Positions 7,661 through 22,450 of a stretch of 32,000 nucleotides of DNA are shown here, piece after piece (position 1 is the first letter of the stretch; each line of letters starts with the position of its first letter). This DNA is from Pseudodesulfovibrio piezophilus C1TLV30 (lineage in GTDB: Bacteria; Desulfobacterota; Desulfovibrionia; Desulfovibrionales; Desulfovibrionaceae). The notes under the pieces were generated by a model. It was not told where the DNA came from. It worked only from the letters and a program-made list of their open reading frames with translations, and did not search any database. A program made the translations under genes and the position numbers. The stretch is from NCBI RefSeq assembly GCF_000341895.1, contig NC_020409.1:3572411-3604410 (forward strand). Reading direction: 5' to 3'.

Positions 7661-8371
7661 ATGCCTAAGCATGGAAAAAATTACCGCAATGCTGTCGGTG
7701 ATCGCGACATAGTCGCTCGTGTCTCTGTTGAAGACGGTGTTAAGACCGCTGTAGAAAGCGCCTTCGCCAAATTCGACGAGACCGTCGATGTCGCCATCAA
7801 CCTCGGTGTTGATCCCAAATACTCTGACCAGATGATCCGTGGTGCAGTCAGCCTGCCTAACGGGCTGGGCAAAGACGTCCGTGTGGTCGTTTTTTGCAAG
7901 CCTGAGAAGGAAGCTGAAGCCAAGGAAGCCGGGGCCGACTTTGCTGGTTCTGATGAGCTGGTCGAGAAGATTCAGGGTGGTTGGTTGGATTTCGACAAAG
8001 CTGTTGCAACCCCGGACATGATGGCCGTGGTTGGTAAGATTGGTCGAGTTCTGGGACCCCGCGGGTTGATGCCGAATGCCAAGACAGGAACTGTGACAAT
8101 GGATGTTGCCACAGCCGTTACTGAACTCAAGGCCGGTAAGGTCGAGTTCAAGGTCGACAAGGCCGGTATTCTGCACGCCCCGATCGGGAAAGTTTCCTTT
8201 GGCGCTGAGAAATTGTGTGAAAACCTGAGGACTCTTTTGTCCAAGGTTGTCAGCATGAAGCCTTCTTCTGCCAAGGGAACGTACATGAAGTCTGTGGCTG
8301 TTGCCACGACCATGGGACCCGGTGTCAAAATCGATCCTGTGACTGTCCGGAAATTTCTGGATATAAACTAA
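7661..8371 (+). CDS. rplA: 50S ribosomal protein L1
   Basis: 236 aa containing [20 protein letters not shown] and [15 protein letters not shown]. It follows rplK. Confidence 0.97.
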   Translation: MPKHGKNYRNAVGDRDIVARVSVEDGVKTAVESAFAKFDETVDVAINLGVDPKYSDQMIRGAVSLPNGLGKDVRVVVFCKPEKEAEAKEAGADFAGSDELVEKIQGGWLDFDKAVATPDMMAVVGKIGRVLGPRGLMPNAKTGTVTMDVATAVTELKAGKVEFKVDKAGILHAPIGKVSFGAEKLCENLRTLLSKVVSMKPSSAKGTYMKSVAVATTMGPGVKIDPVTVRKFLDIN

Positions 8372-8520
8372 ATGGTATGCCGGGCACCTCTTTCCCGGGG
8401 TGCCCTGTAGATAACGCACGGGAAGTTGAGTCAGAGACGGCAGGTGGGGCCTGTGTCCCCTTAAAATCCTGCTCAGACAACGCTTTGACCTGCTTTCCGG
8501 GCCTAGACGAGGAGTGGTAG
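8372..8520 (+). promoter_or_regulatory. Structured rplA-rplJ spacer: candidate L10 leader/operator and possible rplKA terminator hairpin
   Basis: This 149-nt non-coding gap contains the hairpin gggcacc (8382-8388) / ggtgccc (8399-8405) and further GC stems (ggggcctgtgtcccc). Its position matches the L10(L12)4-regulated rplJ leader of other bacteria. The function is inferred. Confidence 0.35.
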
Positions 8521-9042
8521 ATGAACAGGCAAGAAAAAGCCCAGATCATCGAGCAGCTGAACGAAAAGGCTGCGCGGGCGAGCATTGCCGTCGTCACTGA
8601 CTTCAAGAGCTTGAGTGTTGAGGAGCTGACTGTGCTCCGTTCCAAGTGCTTTGAAGCCGGTGTAGACTACCAAGTCGTCAAGAACACCCTGGCCCGGTTG
8701 GCTCTCAAGGACACCGATCACGGTGGCCTGAGCGAACACTTTAAAGAGAACTGCGCTGTTGCATTGGGTTACGAAGATCCTGTTGCTCTTGCAAAAGTGC
8801 TGGCCGATTTCGATAAGGAGAACAAAAAGTTTTCCATTCGTTTCGGTTCTCTTGAAGGGAAGTTTCTTGATAACGACGGCGTGAAGGAACTCGCCAAGAT
8901 GCCCAGCAAGCCTGAGCTTCTGAGTTCCGTACTCGGCACCATGCAGGCCGTACCGCGCAATTTCGTTTGCTTGTTCGCAAACATCGAACGCAAATTCCTG
9001 TATGCCTTGACTGCCATCAAGGAACAGAAGGAAGCTGCGTAA
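8521..9042 (+). CDS. rplJ: 50S ribosomal protein L10
   Basis: 173 aa starting [16 protein letters not shown], with typical L10 sequence. It sits upstream of rplL. Confidence 0.96.
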   Translation: MNRQEKAQIIEQLNEKAARASIAVVTDFKSLSVEELTVLRSKCFEAGVDYQVVKNTLARLALKDTDHGGLSEHFKENCAVALGYEDPVALAKVLADFDKENKKFSIRFGSLEGKFLDNDGVKELAKMPSKPELLSSVLGTMQAVPRNFVCLFANIERKFLYALTAIKEQKEAA

Positions 9043-9083
9043 ACAAGGTTCAAAGCGAATCGATTTCTTAAGGAGAATTTATC

Positions 9084-9467
9084 ATGGCTGATATCACTAA
9101 AGAACAAGTTGTCGAGTTCATCGGCAACATGACTGTCCTGGAACTGTCCGAATTCATTAAAGAGCTCGAAGATGTCTTCGGCGTTGAAGCTGCTGCTCCC
9201 GCTGCTGCTGTCATGGCTGCTCCGGTTGCTGGTGAAGCTGCCGCTGCTGAAGAGCAGACTGAATTCGACGTTATCCTGAAGGGTGCTGGCGGCAACAAAA
9301 TCGCCGTCATTAAAGCCGTTCGCGCTATCACCGGTCTGGGCTTGAAAGAAGCCAAGGCAATCGTTGATGAAGCTCCCAAGGCTCTCAAGGAAGGCGTTTC
9401 CAAGGACGAGGCTGACGAGGCTGCTAAGCAGCTTGAGGAAGCTGGCGCCGAAGTTGAAGTTAAATAA
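9084..9467 (+). CDS. rplL: 50S ribosomal protein L7/L12
   Basis: 127 aa with an Ala-rich hinge ([22 protein letters not shown]) and a C-terminal domain containing [24 protein letters not shown]. Confidence 0.98.
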   Translation: MADITKEQVVEFIGNMTVLELSEFIKELEDVFGVEAAAPAAAVMAAPVAGEAAAAEEQTEFDVILKGAGGNKIAVIKAVRAITGLGLKEAKAIVDEAPKALKEGVSKDEADEAAKQLEEAGAEVEVK

Positions 9468-9493
9468 CTTCAGCCATTTAAGCTATTCATAGC

Positions 9494-9540
9494 AGAGAGC
9501 GCTCACCCTGAAAAATGGGTGTTGCGCTCTTTGCTCTGTC
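9494..9540 (+). terminator. Terminator-like hairpin (probable partial terminator/attenuator) downstream of rplL
   Basis: The lower helix pairs 9494-9502 with 9524-9532 (9 bp including one G-U). The upper helix pairs 9504-9508 with 9517-9521, and the loop is tgaaaaat. The downstream T-tract is weak and interrupted (tttgctctgtc). The position is analogous to the E. coli rplL-rpoB attenuator. Confidence 0.5.
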
Positions 9541-9767
9541 TATGTATATACTGGATAAATAGCCTTACATTCTGGGTTTAAGCTTACGAAGGCGCGAAAG
9601 CGTCTGCTCCTCGTTGAAACATGTGCCGAAAAAGCATGTATCGGCCATGGCTTAGCACCCCGTTTTCTCGCAGCGGCATCATCCACGAGTCGCTGTGCCG
9701 ACTGAGGGCAAGGGTTGCCACGTAAACCCCACGTCCCAACCATCAACCACTCATACATGAGGGTACA

Positions 9768-12700
9768 ATGGGTCATTTCAGAAAAACATTCGGTAGCATC
9801 GTCAACACGCTTCCTATCCCGCATCTGCTCGAATTGCAGGTCGACTCTTACAAGCGCTTCTTGCAAGAGGGCACTTTACCTGCCAGCCGAGGAGACTTCG
9901 GTCTTGAGGGCGTGTATCGGTCCGTGTTTCCCATTGAAGATTTCAACAAGACCGCTAGCCTTGATTTTGTCAGTTATGACATTGGTGAACCAAAATACGA
10001 CGTCGATGAGTGCATTTCGAAAGGTCTGACCTACGAAGCGCCCATTCGTATAACTGTCCGTCTCGTAGTTTTCGACGTGGATGAAGAGACAGGCAACCGC
10101 ACCATTCGTGACATCAAGGAACAGGACATATACTTCGGGACTATCCCGTTGATGACTGAAAAGGGAACGTACGTCATCAATGGAACCGAGCGTGTCATTG
10201 TCAACCAGTTACAACGCTCCCCCGGTATCATTTTCGAACATGATTCCGGTAAGTCACATTCCAGTAGAAAGGTCTTGTACTCAAGCCGGATCATCCCCAT
10301 GAGAGGGTCCTGGCTTGATTTCGACTTCGATCATAAGGACATCTTGTATGTTCGTATTGACCGTCGTCGCAAGATGCCTGCAACCATTCTTCTTAAGGCC
10401 ATGGGCCTCTCTCGCGCAGACATCTTGGAGTACTTTTACGATACAGAAAGTTACACTTTGCTTAAAAACAAAGTGATGCGTTCCGTCGTAGATGACCAGT
10501 ACAGAAAAGAAGTTGCCTTCACTGATATTAAAATCGGTGACAAGGTTGTGGTCAAGGAAGGAGCCAGCATCACCCGTGGTGCCTGGAAGAAGCTCATTAA
10601 GAATGATGTGACATCCATTGAAGTGGATCCCACATCACTTTATGGTCTTTATCTGGCTGCCGATATGGTAGACAAGCACGGTGAGGTTATAGCCGAAGCC
10701 GCAGAAGAATTGACGCTTGAGTTGGTCGAAAAAATACGTGACGCCAAGGTCAAGGAGCTTAATGTTCTCCATACCCGCGGCATGGAAGTTTCCGACGCTC
10801 TTCGCAATACGCTCTTGCTTGACAAGACCACTGATATGGAGACTGCTCAGATCGAGATTTATCGACGTCTGCGTCCCAGTTCTCCTCCGACTCCCGAGAT
10901 TGCTTCCAACTTCTTTGAGAACTTGTTCCGTAGCTCGGACTATTATGATCTCTCCAGTGTTGGCCGTTATAAATTGAATTCCCGTTTGAATCAGGAAGTG
11001 GACCTCAATACCCGCACCCTGAACAACGAGGACATTCTGCTGGCTGTCAAGGAGTTGATGCGACTCAAGGACACTCACGGACCTGCTGATGATATTGATC
11101 ATCTTGGTAACCGTCGAGTTCGTCCGGTGGGCGAACTGGTCGAAAACCAGTATCGTATTGGACTTGTTCGCATGGAACGGGCCATCAAGGAGCGTATGAG
11201 CCTGCAGGAAGTGGCCACGCTCATGCCTCATGACCTCATCAATCCAAAGCCGGTAGCCGCTGTGTTGAAAGAGTTCTTCGGAACTTCACAGCTGAGCCAG
11301 TTCATGGATCAAACCAACCCTCTTTCCGAAGTGACACACAAACGTCGCCTTTCGGCTTTGGGACCCGGTGGTTTGACTCGCGAACGTGCAGGCTTTGAGG
11401 TTCGAGATGTTCATACTTCTCACTATGGCCGTATCTGCCCGATTGAGACTCCTGAAGGACCGAATATTGGTCTGATCGTCTCTTTGACCACCTATGCCAA
11501 AGTCAACGATTACGGATTCATCGAAACACCGTATCGTATGGTCAAAGACAAGCAGACGACAAACGAAATATACTACATGGACGCCTCCAAGGAAGCTAAG
11601 GAGACCGTGGCTCAGGCCAACGCCCCTCTCGATGCTAATGGAGTTTTCGTCAATCCGCGTGTCAATGCGCGCATAGCGGGTGATGTTCAGCTGACCGCAG
11701 CTGAAGATGTCACCTGCATGGATATCAGCCCAAGTCAGACGGTTTCGATCTCTGCGGCGCTGATTCCGTTCCTGGAACATGATGATGCCAACCGCGCACT
11801 CATGGGATCGAACATGATGCGGCAGGCTGTCCCGTTGTTACAGGCTGAACAGCCTCTGGTCGGAACCGGCATGGAAGGCCCGGTCGCTCGCGATTCCGGA
11901 GCCTGCGTGCTTGCCGAGGAAGATGGAGTTGTTCATTACGTTGACTCCGAAAGAGTTGTTGTCAACTACGAGGGTGGCATCTACGGGAAATCCGGTGGTT
12001 CCAAGCACTATGAGTTCCAGAAATGGCACAAGTCCAACCAGAACTCCTGTTTCGGGCAACGCCCGAAAGTCCAGGTTGGTCAGGTTGTCAAGAAAGGAGC
12101 TGTCCTCGCTGATGGTCCTGGAATTGACGATGGAGAACTTGCTCTTGGTAAGAACCTGCTTGTCGCGTTCATGCCTTGGTGCGGGTTTAACTTCGAGGAT
12201 TCCATTCTCATTTCCGAACGTATGGTCAAGGAAGACGTGTTCACCTCGATTCATATTGAGGAATTTGAACTGGTTGCCCGCGATACCAAATTAGGACCCG
12301 AAGAAGTCACGCGTGATATCTCAAACGTCTCTGAAGAGATGCTGAGAAATCTGGATGACTGCGGTATTATTCGGATTGGTGCCCGCATCAAGCCTGATGA
12401 TATCATGGTTGGTAAGATTACCCCCAAAGGTGAGACCCAGCTGACTCCTGAAGAGAAATTGCTTCGCGCCATTTTCGGCGATAAAGCCCGTGATGTGAAG
12501 AACACCTCGTTGAAAGTGCCGCCGGGAATCTCAGGGACTATTGTTGATGTCAAAGTCTTCAACCGTCGTTCTTCGGACAAGGATGATCGGACCAAGGCAA
12601 TCGAGGATGCAGAACTTGCAGCATTCGATGCCAAGGAAGTGAAGCACATCGCAGCATTGACAGATAAAACTCGGGATCGGATCTGGGCAGTTTGCGAAGG

Positions 12701-13877
12701 CGGAAGGCTCAAGAAAGACCTGGTTGGTTCCAAGAAAACTGTTCTTGGTAAATCTGGTGAAGTTGTTGAGCGTGAAGCCATTGATGGTGTCCCGGTTAAG
12801 AAGCTCATCGGTGTCTTTGACCGAGAAGCAAATGATCAAGTGAAACTGATTATCGCGGATTATGAATCCCAGATTCAGTTCATTAATAATATATATGATG
12901 TCAAACGCGAGAAGGTCACCGAAGGTGATGATCTGCCTCCGGGAGTCATCAAGATGGTCAAAGTCTACGTCGCCGTGAAACGTAAATTGAGCGTTGGTGA
13001 TAAAATGGCTGGCCGTCACGGTAATAAAGGTGTTGTTTCCTGCATTCTTCCTGAAGAGGATATGCCGTTCTTCGATGATGGAACCCCGATGGATATCGTT
13101 TTGAATCCTCTCGGTGTCCCGTCCCGTATGAACATCGGGCAGATCATGGAAACACATTTGGGTATGGCTGGTCGTAAGCTTGGTATGCAGTTGGCAGAGC
13201 AATTGGATGGTTCCATCCAGAACTTGCGCGAGCATGCGAAGGAAGTCTTTGAGACGCCGGACATGGCTGATTTTATCGATACATTGAGTGATGATGAGCT
13301 TGTTACTTGTGTCAAGAAAGCCAGCCGGGGCATCGTTGCCAAGACACCGGTTTTCGATGGTGCAAGCGAAGAAGAGATCTGGGGCTGGCTGACCAAGGCC
13401 GGTTGTGCTGATGATGGTAAATTCATCTTGTATGATGGCCGCACCGGCGAGCCGTTCCACAGCAGAGTCACAGTGGGTATCATGTATATCCTGAAGCTCC
13501 ACCATCTGGTTGATGAAAAAATCCATGCCCGTTCCACTGGTCCCTACTCCCTTGTTACTCAGCAGCCGCTGGGTGGTAAGGCTCAGTTTGGTGGTCAGCG
13601 TTTGGGTGAGATGGAAGTCTGGGCCCTGGAGGCCTATGGCGCCGCCTACCTTTTGCAGGAATTCCTCACAGTCAAATCCGATGATGTGCAGGGTCGTGTG
13701 AAAATGTATGAGAAAATCGTCAAAGGCGACAACTTCCTGGAAGCCGGATTGCCGGAATCCTTCAACGTTCTGGTTAAGGAACTCATGTCGCTGGGTCTTG
13801 ATGTGACTCTGCATTATGAGGACCGGAAGCGGCCTGCAACTCCCGTTTATAACGGGCCTAAGCCGCTGCATCCATAG
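9768..13877 (+). CDS. rpoB: DNA-directed RNA polymerase subunit beta
   Basis: 1369 aa with hallmark motifs including [40 protein letters not shown] and [22 protein letters not shown]. Confidence 0.99.
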   Translation: MGHFRKTFGSIVNTLPIPHLLELQVDSYKRFLQEGTLPASRGDFGLEGVYRSVFPIEDFNKTASLDFVSYDIGEPKYDVDECISKGLTYEAPIRITVRLVVFDVDEETGNRTIRDIKEQDIYFGTIPLMTEKGTYVINGTERVIVNQLQRSPGIIFEHDSGKSHSSRKVLYSSRIIPMRGSWLDFDFDHKDILYVRIDRRRKMPATILLKAMGLSRADILEYFYDTESYTLLKNKVMRSVVDDQYRKEVAFTDIKIGDKVVVKEGASITRGAWKKLIKNDVTSIEVDPTSLYGLYLAADMVDKHGEVIAEAAEELTLELVEKIRDAKVKELNVLHTRGMEVSDALRNTLLLDKTTDMETAQIEIYRRLRPSSPPTPEIASNFFENLFRSSDYYDLSSVGRYKLNSRLNQEVDLNTRTLNNEDILLAVKELMRLKDTHGPADDIDHLGNRRVRPVGELVENQYRIGLVRMERAIKERMSLQEVATLMPHDLINPKPVAAVLKEFFGTSQLSQFMDQTNPLSEVTHKRRLSALGPGGLTRERAGFEVRDVHTSHYGRICPIETPEGPNIGLIVSLTTYAKVNDYGFIETPYRMVKDKQTTNEIYYMDASKEAKETVAQANAPLDANGVFVNPRVNARIAGDVQLTAAEDVTCMDISPSQTVSISAALIPFLEHDDANRALMGSNMMRQAVPLLQAEQPLVGTGMEGPVARDSGACVLAEEDGVVHYVDSERVVVNYEGGIYGKSGGSKHYEFQKWHKSNQNSCFGQRPKVQVGQVVKKGAVLADGPGIDDGELALGKNLLVAFMPWCGFNFEDSILISERMVKEDVFTSIHIEEFELVARDTKLGPEEVTRDISNVSEEMLRNLDDCGIIRIGARIKPDDIMVGKITPKGETQLTPEEKLLRAIFGDKARDVKNTSLKVPPGISGTIVDVKVFNRRSSDKDDRTKAIEDAELAAFDAKEVKHIAALTDKTRDRIWAVCEGGRLKKDLVGSKKTVLGKSGEVVEREAIDGVPVKKLIGVFDREANDQVKLIIADYESQIQFINNIYDVKREKVTEGDDLPPGVIKMVKVYVAVKRKLSVGDKMAGRHGNKGVVSCILPEEDMPFFDDGTPMDIVLNPLGVPSRMNIGQIMETHLGMAGRKLGMQLAEQLDGSIQNLREHAKEVFETPDMADFIDTLSDDELVTCVKKASRGIVAKTPVFDGASEEEIWGWLTKAGCADDGKFILYDGRTGEPFHSRVTVGIMYILKLHHLVDEKIHARSTGPYSLVTQQPLGGKAQFGGQRLGEMEVWALEAYGAAYLLQEFLTVKSDDVQGRVKMYEKIVKGDNFLEAGLPESFNVLVKELMSLGLDVTLHYEDRKRPATPVYNGPKPLHP

Positions 13878-13902
13878 AGCCAGGTTGATTTAAGGTGAAA
13901 TA

Positions 13903-13930
13903 GCCCGGCCAGTCGAATGGCTGGTCGGGC
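13903..13930 (+). other. Intercistronic hairpin between rpoB and rpoC
   Basis: A 10-bp stem gcccggccag (13903-13912) / ctggtcgggc (13921-13930, one G-U) with loop tcgaatgg, inside the 84-nt gap. Confidence 0.45.
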
Positions 13931-13961
13931 ATCATATAACTTTTTACGATAGGGGATATCC

Positions 13962-18110
<4,149 letters not shown>

Positions 18111-18150
18111 TATAATAATACTCGGAAACGAGTGTATAAGAGACTGAATC

Positions 18151-18182
18151 GATTGGAGAGGCGTGTCCTCTCCAATCTTTTT
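18151..18182 (+). terminator. Rho-independent terminator of the rpoBC transcription unit
   Basis: A perfect 11-bp stem gattggagagg (18151-18161) / cctctccaatc (18167-18177) with loop cgtgt, followed by ttttt (18178-18182). Confidence 0.8.
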
Positions 18183-18227
18183 GGATAAATTGCGGACCCC
18201 GCAAAGCAAAAGAATCGGGCAAATCGC

Positions 18228-18256
18228 TTGACAAGCTCTGTTTTTTTGGAGTACTT
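18228..18256 (+). promoter_or_regulatory. Candidate promoter of the str (rpsL-rpsG-fusA) unit
   Basis: A consensus -35 TTGACA (18228-18233) preceded by an A-rich tract. The -10 is poor (gtactt/tacttg, 17-18 nt downstream), so confidence is low. Confidence 0.3.
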
Positions 18257-18315
18257 GCGGTCCTCTTTGCGCAGTAGTGCGCTTGGTATTGTATTAACTA
18301 TTGATTGGAGGATTA

Positions 18316-18687
18316 ATGCCTACCATTAACCAGCTTATTCGCAAAAGCCGCAAAGCGCAGCCCAAGCGGAAAAAAACCCCGGCTCTGTTGGAATGCCCTC
18401 AGCGTCGTGGTGTTTGCACCAGAGTGTACACAACGACTCCGAAGAAGCCGAACTCCGCGCTTCGTAAGGTTGCTCGTGTGCGCCTGACCAATGGCATCGA
18501 AGTCACCGCTTATATCGGTGGTGAAGGCCACAACCTGCAGGAACACTCCGTGGTTCTGATCCGTGGCGGTCGTGTCAAGGATTTGCCCGGTGTTCGTTAC
18601 CACATCGTTCGCGGCTCTCTCGATACCTCCGGTGTTGATGATCGTCGTCGCGGTCGTTCCAAGTACGGCACCAAACGTCCTAAATAG
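18316..18687 (+). CDS. rpsL: 30S ribosomal protein S12
   Basis: The ATG at 18316 ([10 protein letters not shown]...) is preceded by the Shine-Dalgarno sequence ggagga (18307-18312). The protein contains [19 protein letters not shown]. The track ORF start (TTG at 18301) adds a non-conserved MIGGL extension. Confidence 0.98.
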   Translation: MPTINQLIRKSRKAQPKRKKTPALLECPQRRGVCTRVYTTTPKKPNSALRKVARVRLTNGIEVTAYIGGEGHNLQEHSVVLIRGGRVKDLPGVRYHIVRGSLDTSGVDDRRRGRSKYGTKRPK

Positions 18688-18784
18688 GTTGTTGCTTTTT
18701 TCGTAATGCTCGGGATGGGATGACAAAGTAGGGCGGAGGCTGCCCGAAATAATGTCCCCCCGGCTGAACTTCAAGGAGAAAAAA

Positions 18785-19255
18785 ATGCCTCGTAAAGGTC
18801 CTGTCACGAAACGACAGATTCTGCCCGATCCAGTATACGGCAGCAAATTGATAACTCGCTTTATCAACCGTCTGATGCTTGACGGTAAGAAAAGCACCGC
18901 GGAAAGAATTTTCTACCAGGCAATTGAAATCCTGGCTGACAAAACCAACGAAGATGCTCTGCGCGCTTTTGAAAAGTGCCTGGATAACATTCGTCCGGCT
19001 CTCGAAGTCAAATCTCGCCGTGTCGGTGGGGCTACCTATCAGGTTCCCTTGGAAGTTCGTCCTGATCGCCAGACCGCTCTGGCTATTCGCTGGATGATTT
19101 CCTACGCACGCGGTCGTGGTGAAAAGGGTATGGTAGCGCGTCTGTCCGGCGAACTGCTCGATGCTTTCAACAACCGTGGCGGCGCTGTCAAGAAGCGCGA
19201 AGATACCCACAAGATGGCTGAAGCCAACAAGGCTTTCGCCCACTACCGCTGGTAG
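18785..19255 (+). CDS. rpsG: 30S ribosomal protein S7
   Basis: The ATG at 18785 ([20 protein letters not shown]...) is preceded by the Shine-Dalgarno sequence aaggaga. Length is 156 aa. The track ORF start at 18752 is an upstream extension. Confidence 0.97.
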   Translation: MPRKGPVTKRQILPDPVYGSKLITRFINRLMLDGKKSTAERIFYQAIEILADKTNEDALRAFEKCLDNIRPALEVKSRRVGGATYQVPLEVRPDRQTALAIRWMISYARGRGEKGMVARLSGELLDAFNNRGGAVKKREDTHKMAEANKAFAHYRW

Positions 19256-19270
19256 GCACGGAGAAGTATA

Positions 19271-21343
19271 GTGTCGAGAAAAGTTCCAAGAGACCAACAG
19301 CGTAATATTGGTATCATGGCCCACATTGATGCGGGTAAGACAACCACCACTGAACGCATTCTGTTCTACACAGGTGTGTCTCACAAGATTGGTGAAGTCC
19401 ATGACGGTGAAGCTACCATGGACTGGATGGTTCAGGAGCAGGAGCGTGGTATCACCATTACGTCTGCTGCGACGACATGCTTTTGGCGTGACCATCGTAT
19501 TAATATCATTGATACTCCCGGACACGTGGATTTCACCATGGAAGTTGAACGTGCATTGCGCGTTCTCGATGGTGCCATAGCCGTTTTTGACTCCGTTGCC
19601 GGTGTTGAACCCCAGTCTGAGACTGTCTGGCGTCAGGCGGATCGCTATCGCGTTCCCCGCATGGCCTTTGTTAACAAGATGGATCGTATCGGCGCAGATT
19701 TTTTCCGGTGCGTCGAGATGATGAAAACCCGTCTTGGTGCCAAGGCTGTTCCTCTTCAGCTGCCAATCGGTGCTGAGGATGAATTTGAGGGCGTAGTCGA
19801 CCTCATTGAAGGGAAAGCCTACATCTATGATCATAAAGATCACGGAGCCAGCTTCTCGACTGTAGAGGTGCCTGCAGAGCTTCAGGATCAGTATGAACTG
19901 ATGCGGAGCGAGATGATCGAAGCCATTGCAGAGGAAGACGAAACGCTTCTCGAAAAGTACATGGCCGATGAACCAATTACTCCCGATGAACTTCGTGAGG
20001 GTGTTCGCAAGGCAACAAACAATCTGACTATCTGCCCGGTCCTGTGCGGTACTGCATTCCGCAATAAAGGTGTTCAGCCTTTGCTTGATGCTGTTATTGA
20101 TTACATGCCTTCCCCGCTCGACATCGAAGTCATGAAGGGTATTGACCCTTCCTCCGGCGAAGAAGTGGAATGCCCCTGTGATGATGATAAACCTTTGGCC
20201 GCTTTGTCCTTCAAACTGATGACTGATCCTTTTGTCGGTCATTTGACTTTCCTGCGCCTCTACTCAGGGAAGATTGAATCCGGTGCTACATTCATGAATG
20301 GCGCTACCGGAAAGAAGGAACGCATCGGTCGACTTTTGAAAATGCACGCTAACAAGCGTGAAGAAATAAAAGAGGCTTACGCAGGCGATATTGTCGCTGC
20401 CGTTGGTCTCAAAAATCTTGCCACCGGAGATACCCTGTGCGACCTCAAGTCCTCTGTGGTACTTGAGTCACTGGATATTCCTGATCCGGTTATCGAGGTG
20501 GCTATTGAACCCAAGACTAAGGCTGACCGCGATAACCTGTCCAACGCGCTCGTCAAGCTCGCCAAGGAGGATCCTTCCTTCCGTGTGCATACAGATGATG
20601 AGACCGGACAGTGCCTGATTGCCGGAATGGGAGAGTTGCATCTCGAAATCATTGTTGATCGCCTTCTCAGGGAATTCAACGTGAATGCAAATGTGGGTGC
20701 TCCCCGTGTTGCATACAGAGAAACCATTTCCGCGTCGACCAAGGTTGATGTCAAACACGCCAAACAGTCTGGTGGACGTGGTCAGTATGGTCACGTTGTT
20801 CTCGAAGTCGAACCCAATCCTGAGAAGGGCTACGAATTCGCGGACGAAATCAAGGGCGGAGTCATTCCCAAGGAATACATTCCTGCTGTTGATAAAGGCA
20901 TCGTTGATGCCATGAAGAACGGTATCATCGCCGGTTTCCCGGTTGTTGATGTGAAAGTTAAGCTGACTTTTGGTTCCTTCCATGAAGTGGACTCAAGTGA
21001 GCAGGCTTTCTATATTGCCGGTTCCATGGCTATCAAGGAAGCCTGCAGAAAGGCCAAGCCAGTGCTGCTTGAACCTATTATGTCGGTTGAAGTTGTCACC
21101 CCCGAGGATTACCTCGGTGACGTCATGGGAGACCTGAATGGTCGTCGTGGACGTGTGGGTGAGATGGAAGCCCGGCCCGGTGTGCAGGTTGTGCGTTCAT
21201 TTGTGCCTCTGTCCGAAATGTTTGGATATGCAACGGATCTTCGTTCGAAGACCCAGGGCCGCGCCACCTTCACCATGCAGTTCGATCACTACGAGAAAGT
21301 ACCGAACAGCTTGGCCGAAGAGTTGATGACTGAGAAAGTATAA
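19271..21343 (+). CDS. fusA: Elongation factor G
   Basis: 690 aa with a GTG start. The protein contains [28 protein letters not shown] and NKMDR, with EF-G domains IV and V. Confidence 0.98.
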   Translation: MSRKVPRDQQRNIGIMAHIDAGKTTTTERILFYTGVSHKIGEVHDGEATMDWMVQEQERGITITSAATTCFWRDHRINIIDTPGHVDFTMEVERALRVLDGAIAVFDSVAGVEPQSETVWRQADRYRVPRMAFVNKMDRIGADFFRCVEMMKTRLGAKAVPLQLPIGAEDEFEGVVDLIEGKAYIYDHKDHGASFSTVEVPAELQDQYELMRSEMIEAIAEEDETLLEKYMADEPITPDELREGVRKATNNLTICPVLCGTAFRNKGVQPLLDAVIDYMPSPLDIEVMKGIDPSSGEEVECPCDDDKPLAALSFKLMTDPFVGHLTFLRLYSGKIESGATFMNGATGKKERIGRLLKMHANKREEIKEAYAGDIVAAVGLKNLATGDTLCDLKSSVVLESLDIPDPVIEVAIEPKTKADRDNLSNALVKLAKEDPSFRVHTDDETGQCLIAGMGELHLEIIVDRLLREFNVNANVGAPRVAYRETISASTKVDVKHAKQSGGRGQYGHVVLEVEPNPEKGYEFADEIKGGVIPKEYIPAVDKGIVDAMKNGIIAGFPVVDVKVKLTFGSFHEVDSSEQAFYIAGSMAIKEACRKAKPVLLEPIMSVEVVTPEDYLGDVMGDLNGRRGRVGEMEARPGVQVVRSFVPLSEMFGYATDLRSKTQGRATFTMQFDHYEKVPNSLAEELMTEKV

Positions 21344-21368
21344 CGACGAGCCGGGATTTTCCCTCTGC

Positions 21369-21398
21369 TTGACATGTGCAGCGAGTCGGGTCTATACA
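21369..21398 (+). promoter_or_regulatory. Candidate promoter of the S10/spc ribosomal protein unit
   Basis: TTGACA (21369-21374), an 18-nt spacer and TATACA (21393-21398), about 75 nt upstream of rpsJ. This is a pattern match only. Confidence 0.45.
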
Positions 21399-21474
21399 AC
21401 CCGTCCGCTGCAACATTACGTGTCTGTTTTGTTACAGGCGCGAGCAAAGATAAATCCTTCGAGGAGAAAGCACT

Positions 21475-21795
21475 ATGGCTGCTTCGATGGCGAGCGATCG
21501 CATCAGAATTAAACTGAGATCATACGATTACCGTATTCTGGACAAGGCTGTCACCGAGATCGTTGACACCGCCCGGAATACAGGTGCGGCTATTGCCGGC
21601 CCTGTGCCGTTGCCCACCCGCATTCATCGTACCACCATTCAGAAGTCTGTTCACGTAGACAAGAAGTCTCGTGAGCAGTTTGAAATGCGCATTCATAAGC
21701 GCCTTCTGGACATCCTTGAACCCACTCAGCAGACTGTTGACGCACTTGGCAAGCTTTCCTTGCCCGCAGGCGTGGACGTCGAGATCAAACTCTAG
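21475..21795 (+). CDS. rpsJ: 30S ribosomal protein S10
   Basis: 106 aa containing [14 protein letters not shown], with the Shine-Dalgarno sequence gaggaga upstream. An alternative start lies at Met5 (21487). Confidence 0.96.
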   Translation: MAASMASDRIRIKLRSYDYRILDKAVTEIVDTARNTGAAIAGPVPLPTRIHRTTIQKSVHVDKKSREQFEMRIHKRLLDILEPTQQTVDALGKLSLPAGVDVEIKL

Positions 21796-21806
21796 GAGTT
21801 GTAGTT

Positions 21807-22439
21807 ATGGCTAAGACTCTTGGAATTCTCGGTAAGAAGCTGGGTATGACCCGCATCTTCAAGGATGACGGTACAATCTGCCCCGTAACTGTGATTGAGG
21901 CTGGTCCTTGTCCTGTTATGCAGATTAAGACCCTGGACAAGGAAGGCTACAACGCTTTGCAACTCGGTTATGATACCATCGCCGAACGCAAGGTGAACAA
22001 GCCCATGAAAGGCCATCAGGCCAAAGCTGGCAAAGATATGTACCGTACGCTCAAGGAATTTCCCCTTGATGCTGTTGAAGAGTACGAGCTTGGCCAGGAT
22101 ATCACTGTAGAAATTTTCTCCGCTGGCGAGAAGGTTAAGGTTACCGGTACCTCGAAGGGTAAAGGTTTCCAGGGTGTCATGAAGCGTCACAACTTCGCAG
22201 GCTCCCGTGCCTCTCATGGTGCAGAAAAAGTTCACCGCGTTCCCGGTTCAGTCGGTAACGCCACCTTCCCGGGCCGCGTCTGGAAGGGCAAAAAGATGCC
22301 CGGCCAAATGGGTAACGCCCGCGTGACCGTCAGCAACGTGGAAATCGTCGATGTCAGGCCTGAGGATAATGTCCTTATGGTCAAGGGCCAGATCCCTGGA
22401 CCCAACAATGGCCTCGTGATGATCCGCAAGAACGGTTAG
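21807..22439 (+). CDS. rplC: 50S ribosomal protein L3
   Basis: 210 aa containing [13 protein letters not shown] and [14 protein letters not shown]. Confidence 0.98.
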   Translation: MAKTLGILGKKLGMTRIFKDDGTICPVTVIEAGPCPVMQIKTLDKEGYNALQLGYDTIAERKVNKPMKGHQAKAGKDMYRTLKEFPLDAVEEYELGQDITVEIFSAGEKVKVTGTSKGKGFQGVMKRHNFAGSRASHGAEKVHRVPGSVGNATFPGRVWKGKKMPGQMGNARVTVSNVEIVDVRPEDNVLMVKGQIPGPNNGLVMIRKNG

Positions 22440-22450
22440 AGGTATACATC

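Noticed and set aside
9540-9866. 108-aa minus-strand ORF, and 104-aa plus-strand ORF (9715..10029), in the rplL-rpoB spacer and rpoB 5' end
   Set aside because: Both overlap the rpoB start, lack ribosome-binding sites and have no recognisable motifs. The region is better explained as a structured RNA leader.
12531-13871. 446-aa minus-strand ORF opposite the rpoB 3' part
   Set aside because: It is a mirror frame of rpoB (phase 0 mod 3), which is a codon-bias artefact.
18301-18315. Upstream alternative starts given by the ORF track for rpsL (18301), rpsG (18752), rpsS (24108) and rplE (27042)
   Set aside because: In each case a conserved canonical N-terminus ([29 protein letters not shown]) begins at an internal ATG preceded by a Shine-Dalgarno sequence. 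The extensions are non-conserved or overlap the preceding gene.
18680-20242. 520-aa minus-strand ORF opposite rpsG and fusA
   Set aside because: It is a mirror frame of rpsG and fusA (all phase 2 mod 3), which is a codon-bias artefact.
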